Assembly (NCBI GenBank): GCA_013816485.1
Contig: JACDEI010000010.1
Location: forward strand, 54,854-118,853
Direction: 5' to 3'
DNA from: Planctomycetota bacterium
Lineage (GTDB): Bacteria; Planctomycetota; UBA11346
Length of the DNA stretch: 64,000 nt
The translations under genes and the position numbers were made by a program. Shown here piece after piece: positions 17,839 to 27,897 of the stretch. A model generated the notes under the pieces. The model did no database searches and was not told where the DNA came from. It worked only from the letters and a program-made list of their open reading frames with translations. Positions within the stretch are counted from its first letter, which is position 1. Each line of letters begins with the position of its first letter.

Positions 17839-18750
17839 ATGAAACTGATCGACCCCCACGTACACATGTCGGCGCGCACCACCGACGACTACGAAGCCAT
17901 GCGCGACGCTGGTGTCGTCGCGGTCATCGAGCCGGCGTTCTGGGTCGGTCAGCCACGCACCACGCTCGGTTCCTTCCAGGACTACTACGCCTCACTGATC
18001 GGCTGGGAACGGTTCCGCGCCGCGCAGTTTGGCATCCGCCACTATTGCACCATCGGCTTGAACTCGAAGGAAGCGAACAACGAGGCACTGGCCAAGGAAG
18101 TGCTGGAGATCCTGCCGCTGTTCGCCAGCAAGGACGGCGTGGTCGCCATCGGCGAGATCGGTTACGACGACCAGACGCCCGCGGAGGACAAAGTCTACCG
18201 CGCGCAGCTCGAACTGGCCAAGGAACTAAACCTGCCGGTGATGATCCATACGCCGCACCGTGACAAGAAACGTGGCACCTCGCGCTCGATGGATGTGGCG
18301 CTCGAACACGGCCTCAAACCCGGCTCGGTGATCGTCGACCACAACAATGAGGAAACCGTCAAGGAATGCCTCGACCGTGGTTTCTGGGCCGCGTTCACCA
18401 TCTACCCCAAGACCAAGATGGGCAACGAGCGCATGGTCGAGGTGGTGCGCAAATACGGCAAAGAACGCATCATCGTCGACAGCAGCGCCGACTGGGGCGT
18501 CAGCGATCCGCTCGCCGTGCCCAAGACCGCCAAGCTGATGATCGAACGCGGCATCCCGAAAGACCACGTCGAAGCCACGTGTTACGGCAACGCCATCCTT
18601 GCGTATGGCCCATCGGGCCAGTTCAACGAAAGTGATTGGCTGACGCCCTCGGCGATCGACCAGCGCACGCTCTTCGAAGGCAACAGCGTCTTGCGTGGTC
18701 AACAGCCGCGCGTGGACGAGCCGGTGGCGGCGAAGGGCCTGATTTCCTGA
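17839..18750 (+). CDS. TatD-family or amidohydrolase-superfamily metal-dependent hydrolase.
   Basis: MKLIDPHVHMS (HxH metal-binding start). Internal HTPH and D residues are typical of the TIM-barrel hydrolases. Confidence 0.6.
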   Translation: MKLIDPHVHMSARTTDDYEAMRDAGVVAVIEPAFWVGQPRTTLGSFQDYYASLIGWERFRAAQFGIRHYCTIGLNSKEANNEALAKEVLEILPLFASKDGVVAIGEIGYDDQTPAEDKVYRAQLELAKELNLPVMIHTPHRDKKRGTSRSMDVALEHGLKPGSVIVDHNNEETVKECLDRGFWAAFTIYPKTKMGNERMVEVVRKYGKERIIVDSSADWGVSDPLAVPKTAKLMIERGIPKDHVEATCYGNAILAYGPSGQFNESDWLTPSAIDQRTLFEGNSVLRGQQPRVDEPVAAKGLIS

Positions 18751-18770
18751 ATGAAGGACAGCGGATCAAA

Positions 18771-18926
18771 CCGCAGAGGACGCAGAGGACGCAGAGGACG
18801 CAGAGGTAAGAGGAGGGCCGCAGAGCGGAACTCCTCTGGTTTGGAAGCCCGATTGCAGAGAGCCAAAAGAAAAGCAGCAGAGAGGTCTTCTCTGCGGCCC
18901 TCTTCGAACCTCTGCGTCTCTGCGGT
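18771..18926. repeat. Tandem-heptamer inverted-repeat element: (GCAGAGGAC)x4, spacer, then CCTCTGC/GTCTCTGC repeats. It lies between the convergent TatD-family stop (18750) and the SNF2 stop (18957).
   Basis: Left arm ccgcagaggacgcagaggacgcagaggacgcagagg. Right arm cttctctgcggccctcttcgaacctctgcgtctctgcgg. There is an inner gccgcagagcgg...cctctgg pair. Confidence 0.75.
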
Positions 18927-18956
18927 TCCCGAGTGGAACCACGGTGACATCCGTCG

Positions 18957-21647
18957 TTACGAGCCGACCGCCGCCGCGACCTCGAAGAGTTTCTCCACGT
19001 CGCCCGCTTCCAGCGCACGCGCCAAGCCTTCCAGGGCGAGGTCGCCGACGAGTCGGCGTTTCTCTTCCTGAAGACGCAGCACGCGTTCCTCGATCGATTC
19101 GACGGTGACGATGCGGTAGACCATCACCGGCTTGTCCTGACCGATGCGGTAGGCGCGGTCCGCGGCCTGATCTTCCGCGGCGGGGTTCCACCACGGGTCG
19201 AGGATGATCACGTAGTCGGCGGCGGTGAGGTTGAGACCCACGCCACCGGCCTTGAGCGAGATCAGGAACAACGGGTCGTTGCCCTTCTGGAACGCCTTGA
19301 CCTTCGCCGCGCGGTCGCGCGTGCGGCCGTCGAGGTACTGGTAGGTGAACTTCTTTTCCTCCAGCTTGGCCTGGATCACCGCCAGGAACTTGGTGAAGGA
19401 GCTGAACACCAGCGCGCGGTGGCCTTCGCTGATCAGTTCTTCGACCAGATCCATGAACAGTTCGACCTTGGCGCTGTCGATCTCGGGTGCACCGACCAAC
19501 GCGGGAGCACAGGCGGCCTGCCGCAGACGGGTGATGGCGGCGAGGATCGATACGCGCGAACGCTCCAGGCCCTTGGAACCCAGCAGGTCCATGACGCCGA
19601 CGCGTTCCTTCTCCAGGAGGTCCTTGTAGAAGCGCTCCTGGTCGTCGGACATCTGCGCGTGCAGCAGGATCTCGGTCTTGGGCGGCAGTTCGGTGGCCAC
19701 TTCGCTCTTGATACGACGCAGCACGAACGGTGCGACGCGGTCGCGCAGGCGATTGATCGCCTCGGGATCGTCCTGCAGGGTTTCCTTGAGCGTCTTGCGA
19801 CGACCGAGGAATCCCGGCATGAGGAAGTGGAAAATCGGCCAGAGATCTTCGGCGCAGTTCTGCACCGGCGTACCCGAGAGACACATGCGGCGACGCGCGG
19901 CGAGCTTGAGCGCGGCGCGCGTGGTCTTCGCTTCCGGATTACGGATGACGTGCGCTTCGTCGAGGATGACCGTGCTGTACTCGATCGACGAGAGCAGCTT
20001 GATGTCGCGCTGCAGAATGTTGTAGCTGGTCAGCAGCAGGCCCTTCTTGGGCAGGCGCTCGGTCGACTTCACGCGATCCAACCCCAAGTGCGTGTGCACC
20101 GGGATCTCAGGGCAGAATTTTTTGCATTCGTCGACCCAGTTGTCGACCACCGAACGCGGCGCGACCACCAGGTGGACGCCCGGATCCTCTTTGTGCCGGT
20201 GCAGCACAAAGGTGATCGACTGGACGGTTTTACCGAGGCCCATGTCGTCAGCGAGCACGCCACCGAGGCCACGGTTGCTGAGGAACACCATCCAGTTGAA
20301 GCCCGCGTGTTGATATTCACGCAGCGTGGCGTTGAGGCCCTTGGGCAGGTCGACGTGCGGGATCGACGCGCCGCCCTTGGCCAAGCTGGCGAGATCGAGG
20401 GTCGCCTCGTCGAGCTGCATCTCGCCGCCGGATTCGGCGAGCGACACCGCCATGGCGGCGGCGTGACGCGGAACACGGACCTTGCCGTTGTGTTCCTTGA
20501 GCCCGCCGAACTCGGACAACGTGCGGTAGCGGTTCAGCCACTCGTCGTTGATGCGCGCGCGCAGACCGTCCTTGAAGACCATGACGTTCTGGCCGCGCGC
20601 GGCGTTCTTCAGCAATTCCTTGATCGGCACATGGCGACCGTCGACCAGCGCATCGATTTCCAATTCCAAGTAGTCATCGTGGGCGACGACCTTGGCGGTG
20701 GTGACGATGTCCGCCGGCGGACGTCCGCGGTGCAGACGATCCTGGCCGCGGATATCCCAGCCTTGCAGATTCGGGATGACCTGCGCGAGGAAGCGGTCAG
20801 CGGCATCGCCGTCGGCGACGAAACCAAACGCGCCGCGACGCTGGACCAGCGCGCCGCGCTTGATGAATTCGTTGCAGCGCTGCAGTTCGAGATCGCGATC
20901 GCGCTCGCACTTGAGGATGTTGCCTTGCTTGTCCTCGGCGACGATCAGACCGATGCGCTCCAGCGGATCGATCTCGGGCAGATCATCGTGGTAACGGAAG
21001 CGCACGTTACCGCACAGGCGCGAGTCGACCTCGTACATTTCGAGAATAGGCTGCGGACGACCGCGCACCTGCTTGGCGCGATCGGCCTGCGGCGGCACCT
21101 GACCGGCGTGCGCCAGCACGCTGCGCCAGGGATCACGCACCAGCCATTCCTTCGGCACCATGATTGGGCCGTACATCAGCGGATCGAGGTGTTCGGCGGG
21201 GCCGGTCCATTCGAGCGGGATGATGCGACCGCGGAAGACGATGTGCGGGCCTGGGATCAGCCAGACGTTGGCGACCGCGGCGCCACCGACTTCGAGGTAC
21301 AGACGGACTTTCTCGCCCTTGTCTTCCATCATCAGACGTGGGCTGCGTGGGCTGCCTTCGATGACGCAAGGAAAGGTCTGGCCATCGATGATCATCACCG
21401 GCGGCGGATGGATGCCGCGCACCTGGGTGAGCGCGCGCTGGATCGAATCCATCTCGTGCAGCGGATCGCTGCGTACACCCGAAGCACCTTCGACGACGAG
21501 CGTACGTGTGCGTTTGCAGTTCGGCAGCAGACGGCTGAGGGTGATGACTACTTGGCCGGTACCCTTGGGCGCGGCAGGACGAGTGGCGTCGGTCGTAGAG
21601 GAAGAAGCGGGGGCAGGCATGGCCATTTCCGTTGCAGTCGTTCCCAA
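18957..21647 (-). CDS. SNF2/RapA-like DEAD/H helicase with a roughly 430-aa N-terminal domain.
   Basis: LADDMGLGKTVQ (motif I), ILDEAHVIRN (motif II), LSGTPVQN, and helicase-C LISLKAGGVGLNLTAADYVIILDPWWNPAAEDQAADRAYRIGQ. Confidence 0.85.
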   Translation of the reverse strand: MGTTATEMAMPAPASSSTTDATRPAAPKGTGQVVITLSRLLPNCKRTRTLVVEGASGVRSDPLHEMDSIQRALTQVRGIHPPPVMIIDGQTFPCVIEGSPRSPRLMMEDKGEKVRLYLEVGGAAVANVWLIPGPHIVFRGRIIPLEWTGPAEHLDPLMYGPIMVPKEWLVRDPWRSVLAHAGQVPPQADRAKQVRGRPQPILEMYEVDSRLCGNVRFRYHDDLPEIDPLERIGLIVAEDKQGNILKCERDRDLELQRCNEFIKRGALVQRRGAFGFVADGDAADRFLAQVIPNLQGWDIRGQDRLHRGRPPADIVTTAKVVAHDDYLELEIDALVDGRHVPIKELLKNAARGQNVMVFKDGLRARINDEWLNRYRTLSEFGGLKEHNGKVRVPRHAAAMAVSLAESGGEMQLDEATLDLASLAKGGASIPHVDLPKGLNATLREYQHAGFNWMVFLSNRGLGGVLADDMGLGKTVQSITFVLHRHKEDPGVHLVVAPRSVVDNWVDECKKFCPEIPVHTHLGLDRVKSTERLPKKGLLLTSYNILQRDIKLLSSIEYSTVILDEAHVIRNPEAKTTRAALKLAARRRMCLSGTPVQNCAEDLWPIFHFLMPGFLGRRKTLKETLQDDPEAINRLRDRVAPFVLRRIKSEVATELPPKTEILLHAQMSDDQERFYKDLLEKERVGVMDLLGSKGLERSRVSILAAITRLRQAACAPALVGAPEIDSAKVELFMDLVEELISEGHRALVFSSFTKFLAVIQAKLEEKKFTYQYLDGRTRDRAAKVKAFQKGNDPLFLISLKAGGVGLNLTAADYVIILDPWWNPAAEDQAADRAYRIGQDKPVMVYRIVTVESIEERVLRLQEEKRRLVGDLALEGLARALEAGDVEKLFEVAAAVGS

Positions 21648-21934
21648 CAGTACGCGAGGTAGACCTGGCAGGCTCGCGGTGACTCACCGCGCGACTCACC
21701 GCTTCGCGGCCAAAAGCCGCAAAAGGTCACCCTCGGGTGCGTCCCGATTGGGGTGGAGGGCGCATCCTAACCGCCAATTCATCTCCGCAAGAAGGGAATA
21801 ATACGATGTCTAACGCTACGTTTGTCGCCGGACGGTGGGTGAAGCGGTAAAACCAGGCACAAACGGAGGCTGCAACCGGAGCGCATGCCGGCGATGGGGT
21901 TGCGAAGCGCGTCGCGGACGCACTCTGCCGCGCC

Positions 21935-22615
21935 ATGTTGCCCTACCAGCCAGTCACGGTTGCCGAAGCGCTGTACACCATCCTCGATCAGGCCGCGGCC
22001 GCGCGCGGTCGTGCGACCCTGGCGATCCCAGGCGGACGTTCGCCCGCGCCGGTGCTCACTGCGCTCGCGGGCCTCTGCACTGATTTTGTGCGTGAGCGCT
22101 TGCACCTGTTGTGGCTCGACGAACGCGCGGTGCCGCTCGGCCATGGCGATCGCAATGATGCGCCGACCCTCGCCGCGTGGCAGGCAGGCGGCGCGTTGCC
22201 GGCGTTTGTCCATCCGATGCCGGCCGAACGCGCGGATCTGGAAGCGGCAGCGACGGACTATGCGGAGCAGTTGCGGGAGGCGACCGGTGGCAGCGGTGCG
22301 CTCGATGTGTGTTTGATCGGCATTGGTGAGGACGGACATCTTGCGAGTCTGTTTCCCAACCACGCGGGCCTCACGGAACTGGCGGAGGTGTTCGCCATCC
22401 ACGACAGCCCCAAACCGCCGGCGAAACGCCTGACGTTGTCGCTGCCGGTGCTCCACCGCGCGGCGCACCACCTGGTGCTCGCCCTGGGCGGCGCCAAGGG
22501 GCAGGTCGCACGTCGCGCGATGCGCGGACCCGACCCGGCCCTACCGGTCAGCCTGCTGCCGGGTGAGCGGACCGTCTGGTACCTTGATGACGCGGCCGCA
22601 GCAGTCTTCGCCTGA
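21935..22615 (+). CDS. pgl: 6-phosphogluconolactonase.
   Basis: LAIPGGRSP...LHLLWLDERAVPLGHGDRND...LDVCLIGIGEDGHLASLFP. Confidence 0.8.
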   Translation: MLPYQPVTVAEALYTILDQAAAARGRATLAIPGGRSPAPVLTALAGLCTDFVRERLHLLWLDERAVPLGHGDRNDAPTLAAWQAGGALPAFVHPMPAERADLEAAATDYAEQLREATGGSGALDVCLIGIGEDGHLASLFPNHAGLTELAEVFAIHDSPKPPAKRLTLSLPVLHRAAHHLVLALGGAKGQVARRAMRGPDPALPVSLLPGERTVWYLDDAAAAVFA

Positions 22616-22776
22616 GCAGCGGATGCAACTGTCCAGCAGGAGCTTGTGGCCTGGTCGCAGGCTTGGATCTCAGCTCTGCTCTGGGGTCGTGCGCCGCCCT
22701 TCCACCGGCTCGCCGCTGCGGGGGTTGACGGCGTCAAATGTAAGCTATCGATAGCTTACATAACACAGGAGGCATC

Positions 22777-23481
22777 ATGCCGCTCACCACCGTCAGCCCG
22801 GATCCCGCCGCTCACGCCCATGAACTGCTCGCGCGTCCGGCGCGGATACCGTTGTGGCTCAAACTCGCCTACACCGCCTTCATGGCGGTGCTGATTCCGG
22901 TGTACTGGTACAACTACGGGCTGACCAACTTCCTCTACTTCTGCGACATCGCGTTGTTCGTCACGCTGATCGGCATCTGGCGTGAATCGGCGTTGCTGAT
23001 CTCGATGGCGGCGGTGGGCATCCTCGCGCCGCAGATGTTGTGGGTCGCGGACTTCGTGGTCGCCGCGTGCGGCGGACAGCTCACTGGCATGACCGCGTAC
23101 ATGTTCAATCAGGACTGGTCGCTCTTCCTGCGCGGCCTGTCGTTGTTCCACGGCTGGTTGCCGTTCCTGCTGGTCTACTTGGTGTGGCGTCTCGGCTATG
23201 ACCGTCGTGCCTTCGTGCGTTGGACCGTGCTGGCCTGGGTGCTGTTGCTGGTCTGCTACACGCTGATGCCTGGCCCGCGCGCTGACGCAGCGAGCATCGC
23301 CACGCCGGTGAACATCAACTATGTGCACGGCATGAGCGACACCGCGGCGCAGACTTGGATGCCGCCGCTCGCGTGGTTCGGCACCATGCTCATCGGCTTG
23401 CCGCTGCTGATCTTCCTGCCGACGCATCTGGCACTGCGTTTTGCCTTCACGGGCAAAACACCGGTAAAAACCAGCGGCTGA
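22777..23481 (+). CDS. Hypothetical polytopic membrane protein.
   Basis: Six or so hydrophobic segments. The antisense ORF 22756-23427 is rejected as a shadow. Confidence 0.55.
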   Translation: MPLTTVSPDPAAHAHELLARPARIPLWLKLAYTAFMAVLIPVYWYNYGLTNFLYFCDIALFVTLIGIWRESALLISMAAVGILAPQMLWVADFVVAACGGQLTGMTAYMFNQDWSLFLRGLSLFHGWLPFLLVYLVWRLGYDRRAFVRWTVLAWVLLLVCYTLMPGPRADAASIATPVNINYVHGMSDTAAQTWMPPLAWFGTMLIGLPLLIFLPTHLALRFAFTGKTPVKTSG

Positions 23482-23484
23482 GCG

Positions 23485-24438
23485 TTAGCGCAAGATCAGC
23501 AACCAACCGAGCAAGGCGATAGGCGCGGCGATGGTGGTCACAACCACCATCGCCGCCATCAGTTCAGCATCACCACCAAGCAGGCGTGCCATCGGCACCG
23601 CGGCGATCGCCACCGGGCACGCCATCAGCACCACCGCAGCCATGAGCGCCGGACCACTCACACCGAGCGCCAAGCCAAGTCCCCAGGTCGCTGCCGGCAC
23701 CAGCAGCAGTTTGCCGATGGCGATGCTCGACAGCAGCAGGGGGTTGCGCCGCACCAGTCCCAAATCGAGTTGCATGCCGACCAGCAGCAACGCCATTGGG
23801 ATCGCGGCGCGCGCCAGCAGTTCGATGCTGTCGCCGACCACGTGGCCGTGGAGCAGGTTGGGCTGGATGAAACTCGCGAGCGTGCCAAGTGCACAGGCGA
23901 CGATCAGCGGATTACGCGGCAGGTGGGCGAGCACGGTCAGCAGTCCAGCGACGTTCACTCCGTCATGCGCGAGCCGCAGCGCGAGCACCGAGCCGGCGTT
24001 GAAGGCGGTGATCATCGCACCGAGCAACACGCCGAAAGCCGTCAGCAATGCCGTGGCTTCTTCGGGTGGCAACGCAGCAGCCAGCAACTGCATCACCGGC
24101 AGTCCGATGAAGGCGGCATTCGGTCGTGCCACGCCGGCAACGATGGTGCCGCGGATCGGTGCCGGCATCGCGCGGCACAACCACCAGCTGCCCATCAGCC
24201 CAGCGATGAAGCCCCCCAATGCCGCCGTCAGCGCCGTCCCATCGAAGTGGTGGCGGATATCGACGCCGGACACCAGGACGAACAGCTGAGTCGGCAGGGC
24301 GACCCAGAACACCACGTTGTTGAGGTCCTCGACGCCCTGGTCGCCGATCAGGCGGAACCGGCGCAGGGACCATCCGACCGCCACCAGGGCGAACACCGGG
24401 ATCAGGGCCCCCAGCAACAGCCACAAGTCCGCCAGCAT
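23485..24438 (-). CDS. Auxin-efflux-carrier (AEC) family permease.
   Basis: MLADLWLLLGALIPVFALVAVGW...VFWVALPTQLF, followed by about 10 TM segments. Confidence 0.75.
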   Translation of the reverse strand: MLADLWLLLGALIPVFALVAVGWSLRRFRLIGDQGVEDLNNVVFWVALPTQLFVLVSGVDIRHHFDGTALTAALGGFIAGLMGSWWLCRAMPAPIRGTIVAGVARPNAAFIGLPVMQLLAAALPPEEATALLTAFGVLLGAMITAFNAGSVLALRLAHDGVNVAGLLTVLAHLPRNPLIVACALGTLASFIQPNLLHGHVVGDSIELLARAAIPMALLLVGMQLDLGLVRRNPLLLSSIAIGKLLLVPAATWGLGLALGVSGPALMAAVVLMACPVAIAAVPMARLLGGDAELMAAMVVVTTIAAPIALLGWLLILR

Positions 24439-24629
24439 GGGCGGGGACGATGGGTGGCGGGCAGGGGGCCGCCAGGGGCGGGAGCGGGAACGCCATGCGG
24501 TCGGGGCCTTCAGGACCACGCACTCCGCGCTCTGGACCGTGTTTGCAACACCTGCGGCGACCTGGGGAGGGTGACCTTGCCGCCGTCAGGGGGCGGCCTC
24601 CAATGCGCTCCCGCCCCTGGAGTCCCGCC

Positions 24630-25289
24630 ATGTCCCCTATTCGCGCGTGTATCTTGTCCGTGCTGTTGGTGCCGGCCCTCACCGTCGCCGCGGCGGAGAA
24701 GATGTCGCCCACCAAGTCGAACCCGCCACCGGTAGGCACCAGCGGCTCGTTCCTGGTGGACAAGACCATCCCCGCCTACGGCGTGCTCAACCAGGTGCCG
24801 CACTACACCGACAGCCGTGCCAACGCGCTCTACTTGGAGATCCATCAGGTGCTCGCCGATGTTGAGAGCGAGGTGATGGGTGGTACCAGCAAGCCGGTGT
24901 CCGCCGACGCGAGCAAGAAGAAGAAGGATGCCCCCGCGGCCCCGGTCGGCGACGCGCGGATCACCGAGCTGCACGCCCGTCTGGTCGAGCTGGATGCGCG
25001 CATCACCTACCGCACCTACCTCGAACAGTGGCACATCGACACCAGTTTCTCCGACCTCAGCCGGGCGACCGAAATGCTGGCGCTCAGTGGACGGATCGGT
25101 GCCGCCACCGCCGAGAAGGTCCAGGCGACCAAGCCCGCCGCCAAGCCGGAAGCGGCTCCCGCTCCCCAAGCCCCGGTCGCGCCCAAGGCGGATGCGCCGG
25201 CTCCGGCTGCGCCGCCCGCTGCCGAACCACCTGCGACCGAGCCGCCTGCTGCGGAACCGCCCGCGGTGGAGCCGCCGCCGGCCCAATGA
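24630..25289 (+). CDS. Hypothetical secreted protein with a C-terminal Pro/Ala/Glu-rich repeat tail.
   Basis: Signal MSPIRACILSVLLVPALTVAAA. Tail PAPAAPPAAEPPATEPPAAEPPAVEPPPAQ. Confidence 0.5.
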   Translation: MSPIRACILSVLLVPALTVAAAEKMSPTKSNPPPVGTSGSFLVDKTIPAYGVLNQVPHYTDSRANALYLEIHQVLADVESEVMGGTSKPVSADASKKKKDAPAAPVGDARITELHARLVELDARITYRTYLEQWHIDTSFSDLSRATEMLALSGRIGAATAEKVQATKPAAKPEAAPAPQAPVAPKADAPAPAAPPAAEPPATEPPAAEPPAVEPPPAQ

Positions 25290-25391
25290 TCACCCGGTGA
25301 TCCCGTCTCTCGCGAGAACCTCCGCTTCCGGCGGAGGTTCTCCCGTCTCGGGGTTTCCTCCGTGCGCGTGTTGCTAGCCTCTGCACCCCAC

Positions 25392-26495
25392 ATGGCACGC
25401 ATCGTCGTCGGTATGAGTGGAGGCGTGGATTCGAGCCTCAGCGCGGCGCTGCTCAGCGAGCAGGGCCACGAGGTGGTCGGCGTGACCATGCAGCTGTGGC
25501 CGTGCGCCGAACAGGATGGCGGTTTCACCCGCGAGGATTCCTGCTGCTCACCGACCGAGACCATTGATGCCCGGGCGGTGGCACAGGGCGCTGGCATCCG
25601 TCACTACGTCATCGATCAGGTCGACGATTTTCGTCGTGGAGTGGTCGACGGTTTCGTCGAGGCCTACGCCAATGGCCAGACGCCGAATCCGTGTGTGCGC
25701 TGCAACGAGAAGATCAAGTTCGGCTCGTTGTGGGAACACGCCAAACGCCTGGGCGCGCAGCAGGTCGCCACCGGTCACTACGCCCGCGTGGAACAGGTCT
25801 TCGACCGTCATGTGCTGCGCACCGCGGTCGACCGCAACAAGGACCAGACGTATTTCCTCTTCTCGCTGACGCAGGAACAACTCGCTGCCGCACATTTCCC
25901 CGTCGGCGGCCTGACCAAGGACGAGGTGCGCGCGGCCTCGCGTCAGCGTGGCATCGTCACCGCCGACAAACACGAATCACAGGACATCTGCTTCATCGGC
26001 AAGGAAGGCGTCGCTGGCTTCCTGCGTGAACGTATTCCCGAAGCATTCGTCCGCGGTGCGATCAGACATCGCGATGGCCGCGTGCTGGGTGAACACCAGG
26101 GCTTGGCCGCCTACACTATCGGTCAGCGCAAGGGCCTGGGCGTCGCGTGGCACGAACCGTTGTTCGTCGTGGGTCTCGACCATGCGACCAACACCGTGGT
26201 GCTCGGTGAGCGTGACGCGCTGCTGGTCGATGAATTGCCGCTGACCGATTGCACCTGGCACCTGGGCGAGTTGCCCGCCAGCGGTCTCGAGTGCCGCGTA
26301 CGCACGCGTCATCGCGGCACGCCGGTCCCGGCGCGCATCGTCGCGCGTCCCGGCGGCGGTCCTGGAGGATTGCCGAACGCCACCGTGCGTTTTGCTGAAC
26401 CACAACCGCGCACCAACGCCGGCCAGGCCTGCGTGGCCTACGACGAGCGCGAGGAGCTGTGCCTTGGCGGCGGATGGATCGCGCCGGCATCGTGA
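25392..26495 (+). CDS. mnmA: tRNA-specific 2-thiouridylase.
   Basis: MARIVVGMSGGVDSSLSAALL (PP-loop), CVRCNEKIKFG, DQTYFLF. Confidence 0.9.
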   Translation: MARIVVGMSGGVDSSLSAALLSEQGHEVVGVTMQLWPCAEQDGGFTREDSCCSPTETIDARAVAQGAGIRHYVIDQVDDFRRGVVDGFVEAYANGQTPNPCVRCNEKIKFGSLWEHAKRLGAQQVATGHYARVEQVFDRHVLRTAVDRNKDQTYFLFSLTQEQLAAAHFPVGGLTKDEVRAASRQRGIVTADKHESQDICFIGKEGVAGFLRERIPEAFVRGAIRHRDGRVLGEHQGLAAYTIGQRKGLGVAWHEPLFVVGLDHATNTVVLGERDALLVDELPLTDCTWHLGELPASGLECRVRTRHRGTPVPARIVARPGGGPGGLPNATVRFAEPQPRTNAGQACVAYDEREELCLGGGWIAPAS

Positions 26496-26610
26496 GCGCA
26501 CCCCAGGTGCGGTGGACACCTGTGGGATCCCGTGGGAAACGCGCAAACAGTGGGCACGGGTGGCCGGTAGTACGTCCACTCACGAACCTCCACCCCTCCA
26601 GGATCATCCC

Positions 26611-27183
26611 ATGCGTTATGCCTTGCTGCCCGCGCTCCTGCTCACCATCGGTGCCACCGTCGCCCAGGCCGCCGACACCTACACCATCGATCCGGTGACC
26701 AGCTCGGTGCTCTTCCGCGTGAAGCACTTCAACGTCGCGTACTTCCACGGCACCTTCAACGTGGTGAAGCCGGAGTCGTCGCTGGTGTGGGATGAGACCA
26801 CGCCCGCCAACAGCAAGGTCGAGATCATCGTCGACGCGGCGAGCGTCGATTCGCGCAACGAGAAACGTGACGCGCACCTCGCCAATCCCGACTTCTTCGA
26901 TGCGAAACAATTCCCGCTGCTGAAGTTCACCAGCACCGCCGTGAAGGCGGTCGACGCCACGTATTTCGAGGTCGCCGGTCAGTTCACCATGCATGGCGTG
27001 ACCAAGCCGCTGACCATCACCGTGACCAAGACTGGCGAGGGCAAGGACCCGAAGGGTGCGCACCGCATCGGCTTCGAGACCGTCTTCATGGTCAAGCGCA
27101 GCGACTACGGCATGGACAAGATGCTGGAGAACATCGGTGACGAGGTGACCATCACCTTCTCGACCGAAGGCATTCGCAAATAA
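26611..27183 (+). CDS. YceI-family periplasmic protein.
   Basis: Signal MRYALLPALLLTIGATVAQA. YceI core YTIDPVTSSVLFRVKHFNVAYFHGTF...SRNEKRDAHL. Confidence 0.8.
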   Translation: MRYALLPALLLTIGATVAQAADTYTIDPVTSSVLFRVKHFNVAYFHGTFNVVKPESSLVWDETTPANSKVEIIVDAASVDSRNEKRDAHLANPDFFDAKQFPLLKFTSTAVKAVDATYFEVAGQFTMHGVTKPLTITVTKTGEGKDPKGAHRIGFETVFMVKRSDYGMDKMLENIGDEVTITFSTEGIRK

Positions 27184-27240
27184 ACCCATTCGCAAATAAA
27201 CCCATTCGCAAATAAACCCATCCGCAAATAAATGCGGTCC
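27171..27240. repeat. 16-bp tandem repeat (TAAACCCATTCGCAAA) x3.5 spanning the yceI-family stop codon. It ends in a small hairpin, ccgcaaataaatgcgg.
   Basis: cattcgcaaa|taaacccattcgcaaa|taaacccattcgcaaa|taaacccatccgcaaa|taaatgcgg. Each unit re-creates the last three codons plus the TAA stop. Confidence 0.8.
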
Positions 27241-27379
27241 CTGGCGGTAGATCACGGTTCATGCGTGCCCATTCGAGGGCACCCTGGTGCGTCCCAGTGC
27301 GCGGAAGCGGCACATGGCCACATGTGGTGATCCGGGCTGCGGCTTGCGCAGCGGTGAACGAACCGACCATCCCGCCGTC

Positions 27380-27814
27380 ATGCGCGTGCTGTTGTGGTTC
27401 TCATTGGCCGTACTGATCGGCTGCAAGGCGCATCAACCGCCGGATGATGCGGTGGCGGTACGCCTGCGCAGCGTGGTGGTGGACACCTGCACCGCCATGC
27501 GGATGGATCAGCAACCCAGCGGACGCGTACTCGATGATCAGGTCGGCCTGCTGACCATGCGCCTTTCAGCGGACCAGGTGCAGAAAATCACTGGCGGCAC
27601 CATCGATCGGGCGGTGGTGGTTCAGGGTTATCGCGCGGCGCTGGCGCGGCGTGCTGAGCGCCAATCGCGCAGCGCACCACCACGCCTGCTGGTCTTCCTG
27701 GTCGATCACCAGCCACAGTGGTCCAACGACCAGACGTTGCTCGCCGCGGCGTTGCTCGCGCAATACGAGCACGAAGCCAAGCTCGCGGCCCCGCCGCCCA
27801 CGCTGAACAATTGA
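27380..27814 (+). CDS. Hypothetical lipoprotein.
   Basis: MRVLLWFSLAVLIGC (lipobox LIGC). The start could lie further upstream (27287). Confidence 0.4.
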   Translation: MRVLLWFSLAVLIGCKAHQPPDDAVAVRLRSVVVDTCTAMRMDQQPSGRVLDDQVGLLTMRLSADQVQKITGGTIDRAVVVQGYRAALARRAERQSRSAPPRLLVFLVDHQPQWSNDQTLLAAALLAQYEHEAKLAAPPPTLNN

Positions 27815-27897
27815 ACCCCAGGAATCCGTGGACCAACGAAGCGGCCCTGCATCTGCGATGCAGGGCCTCTGGAAGACGTCACGCGTATACGGCGTGA

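Noticed and set aside
16965-17882. N-terminal 300 aa of the 494-aa minus ORF 16398-17882.
   Set aside because: Only the last 188 aa (ThpR, from the ATG at 16964) show 2H-phosphoesterase motifs. The upstream part overlaps the plus-strand 17025-17792 gene and is Arg/Ala-rich noise.
19419-21662. 747-aa plus-strand ORF.
   Set aside because: Antisense to the SNF2 helicase. No motifs. Shadow ORF.
26116-27255. 379-aa minus-strand ORF.
   Set aside because: Antisense to the mnmA 3' end and the yceI-family gene. No motifs.
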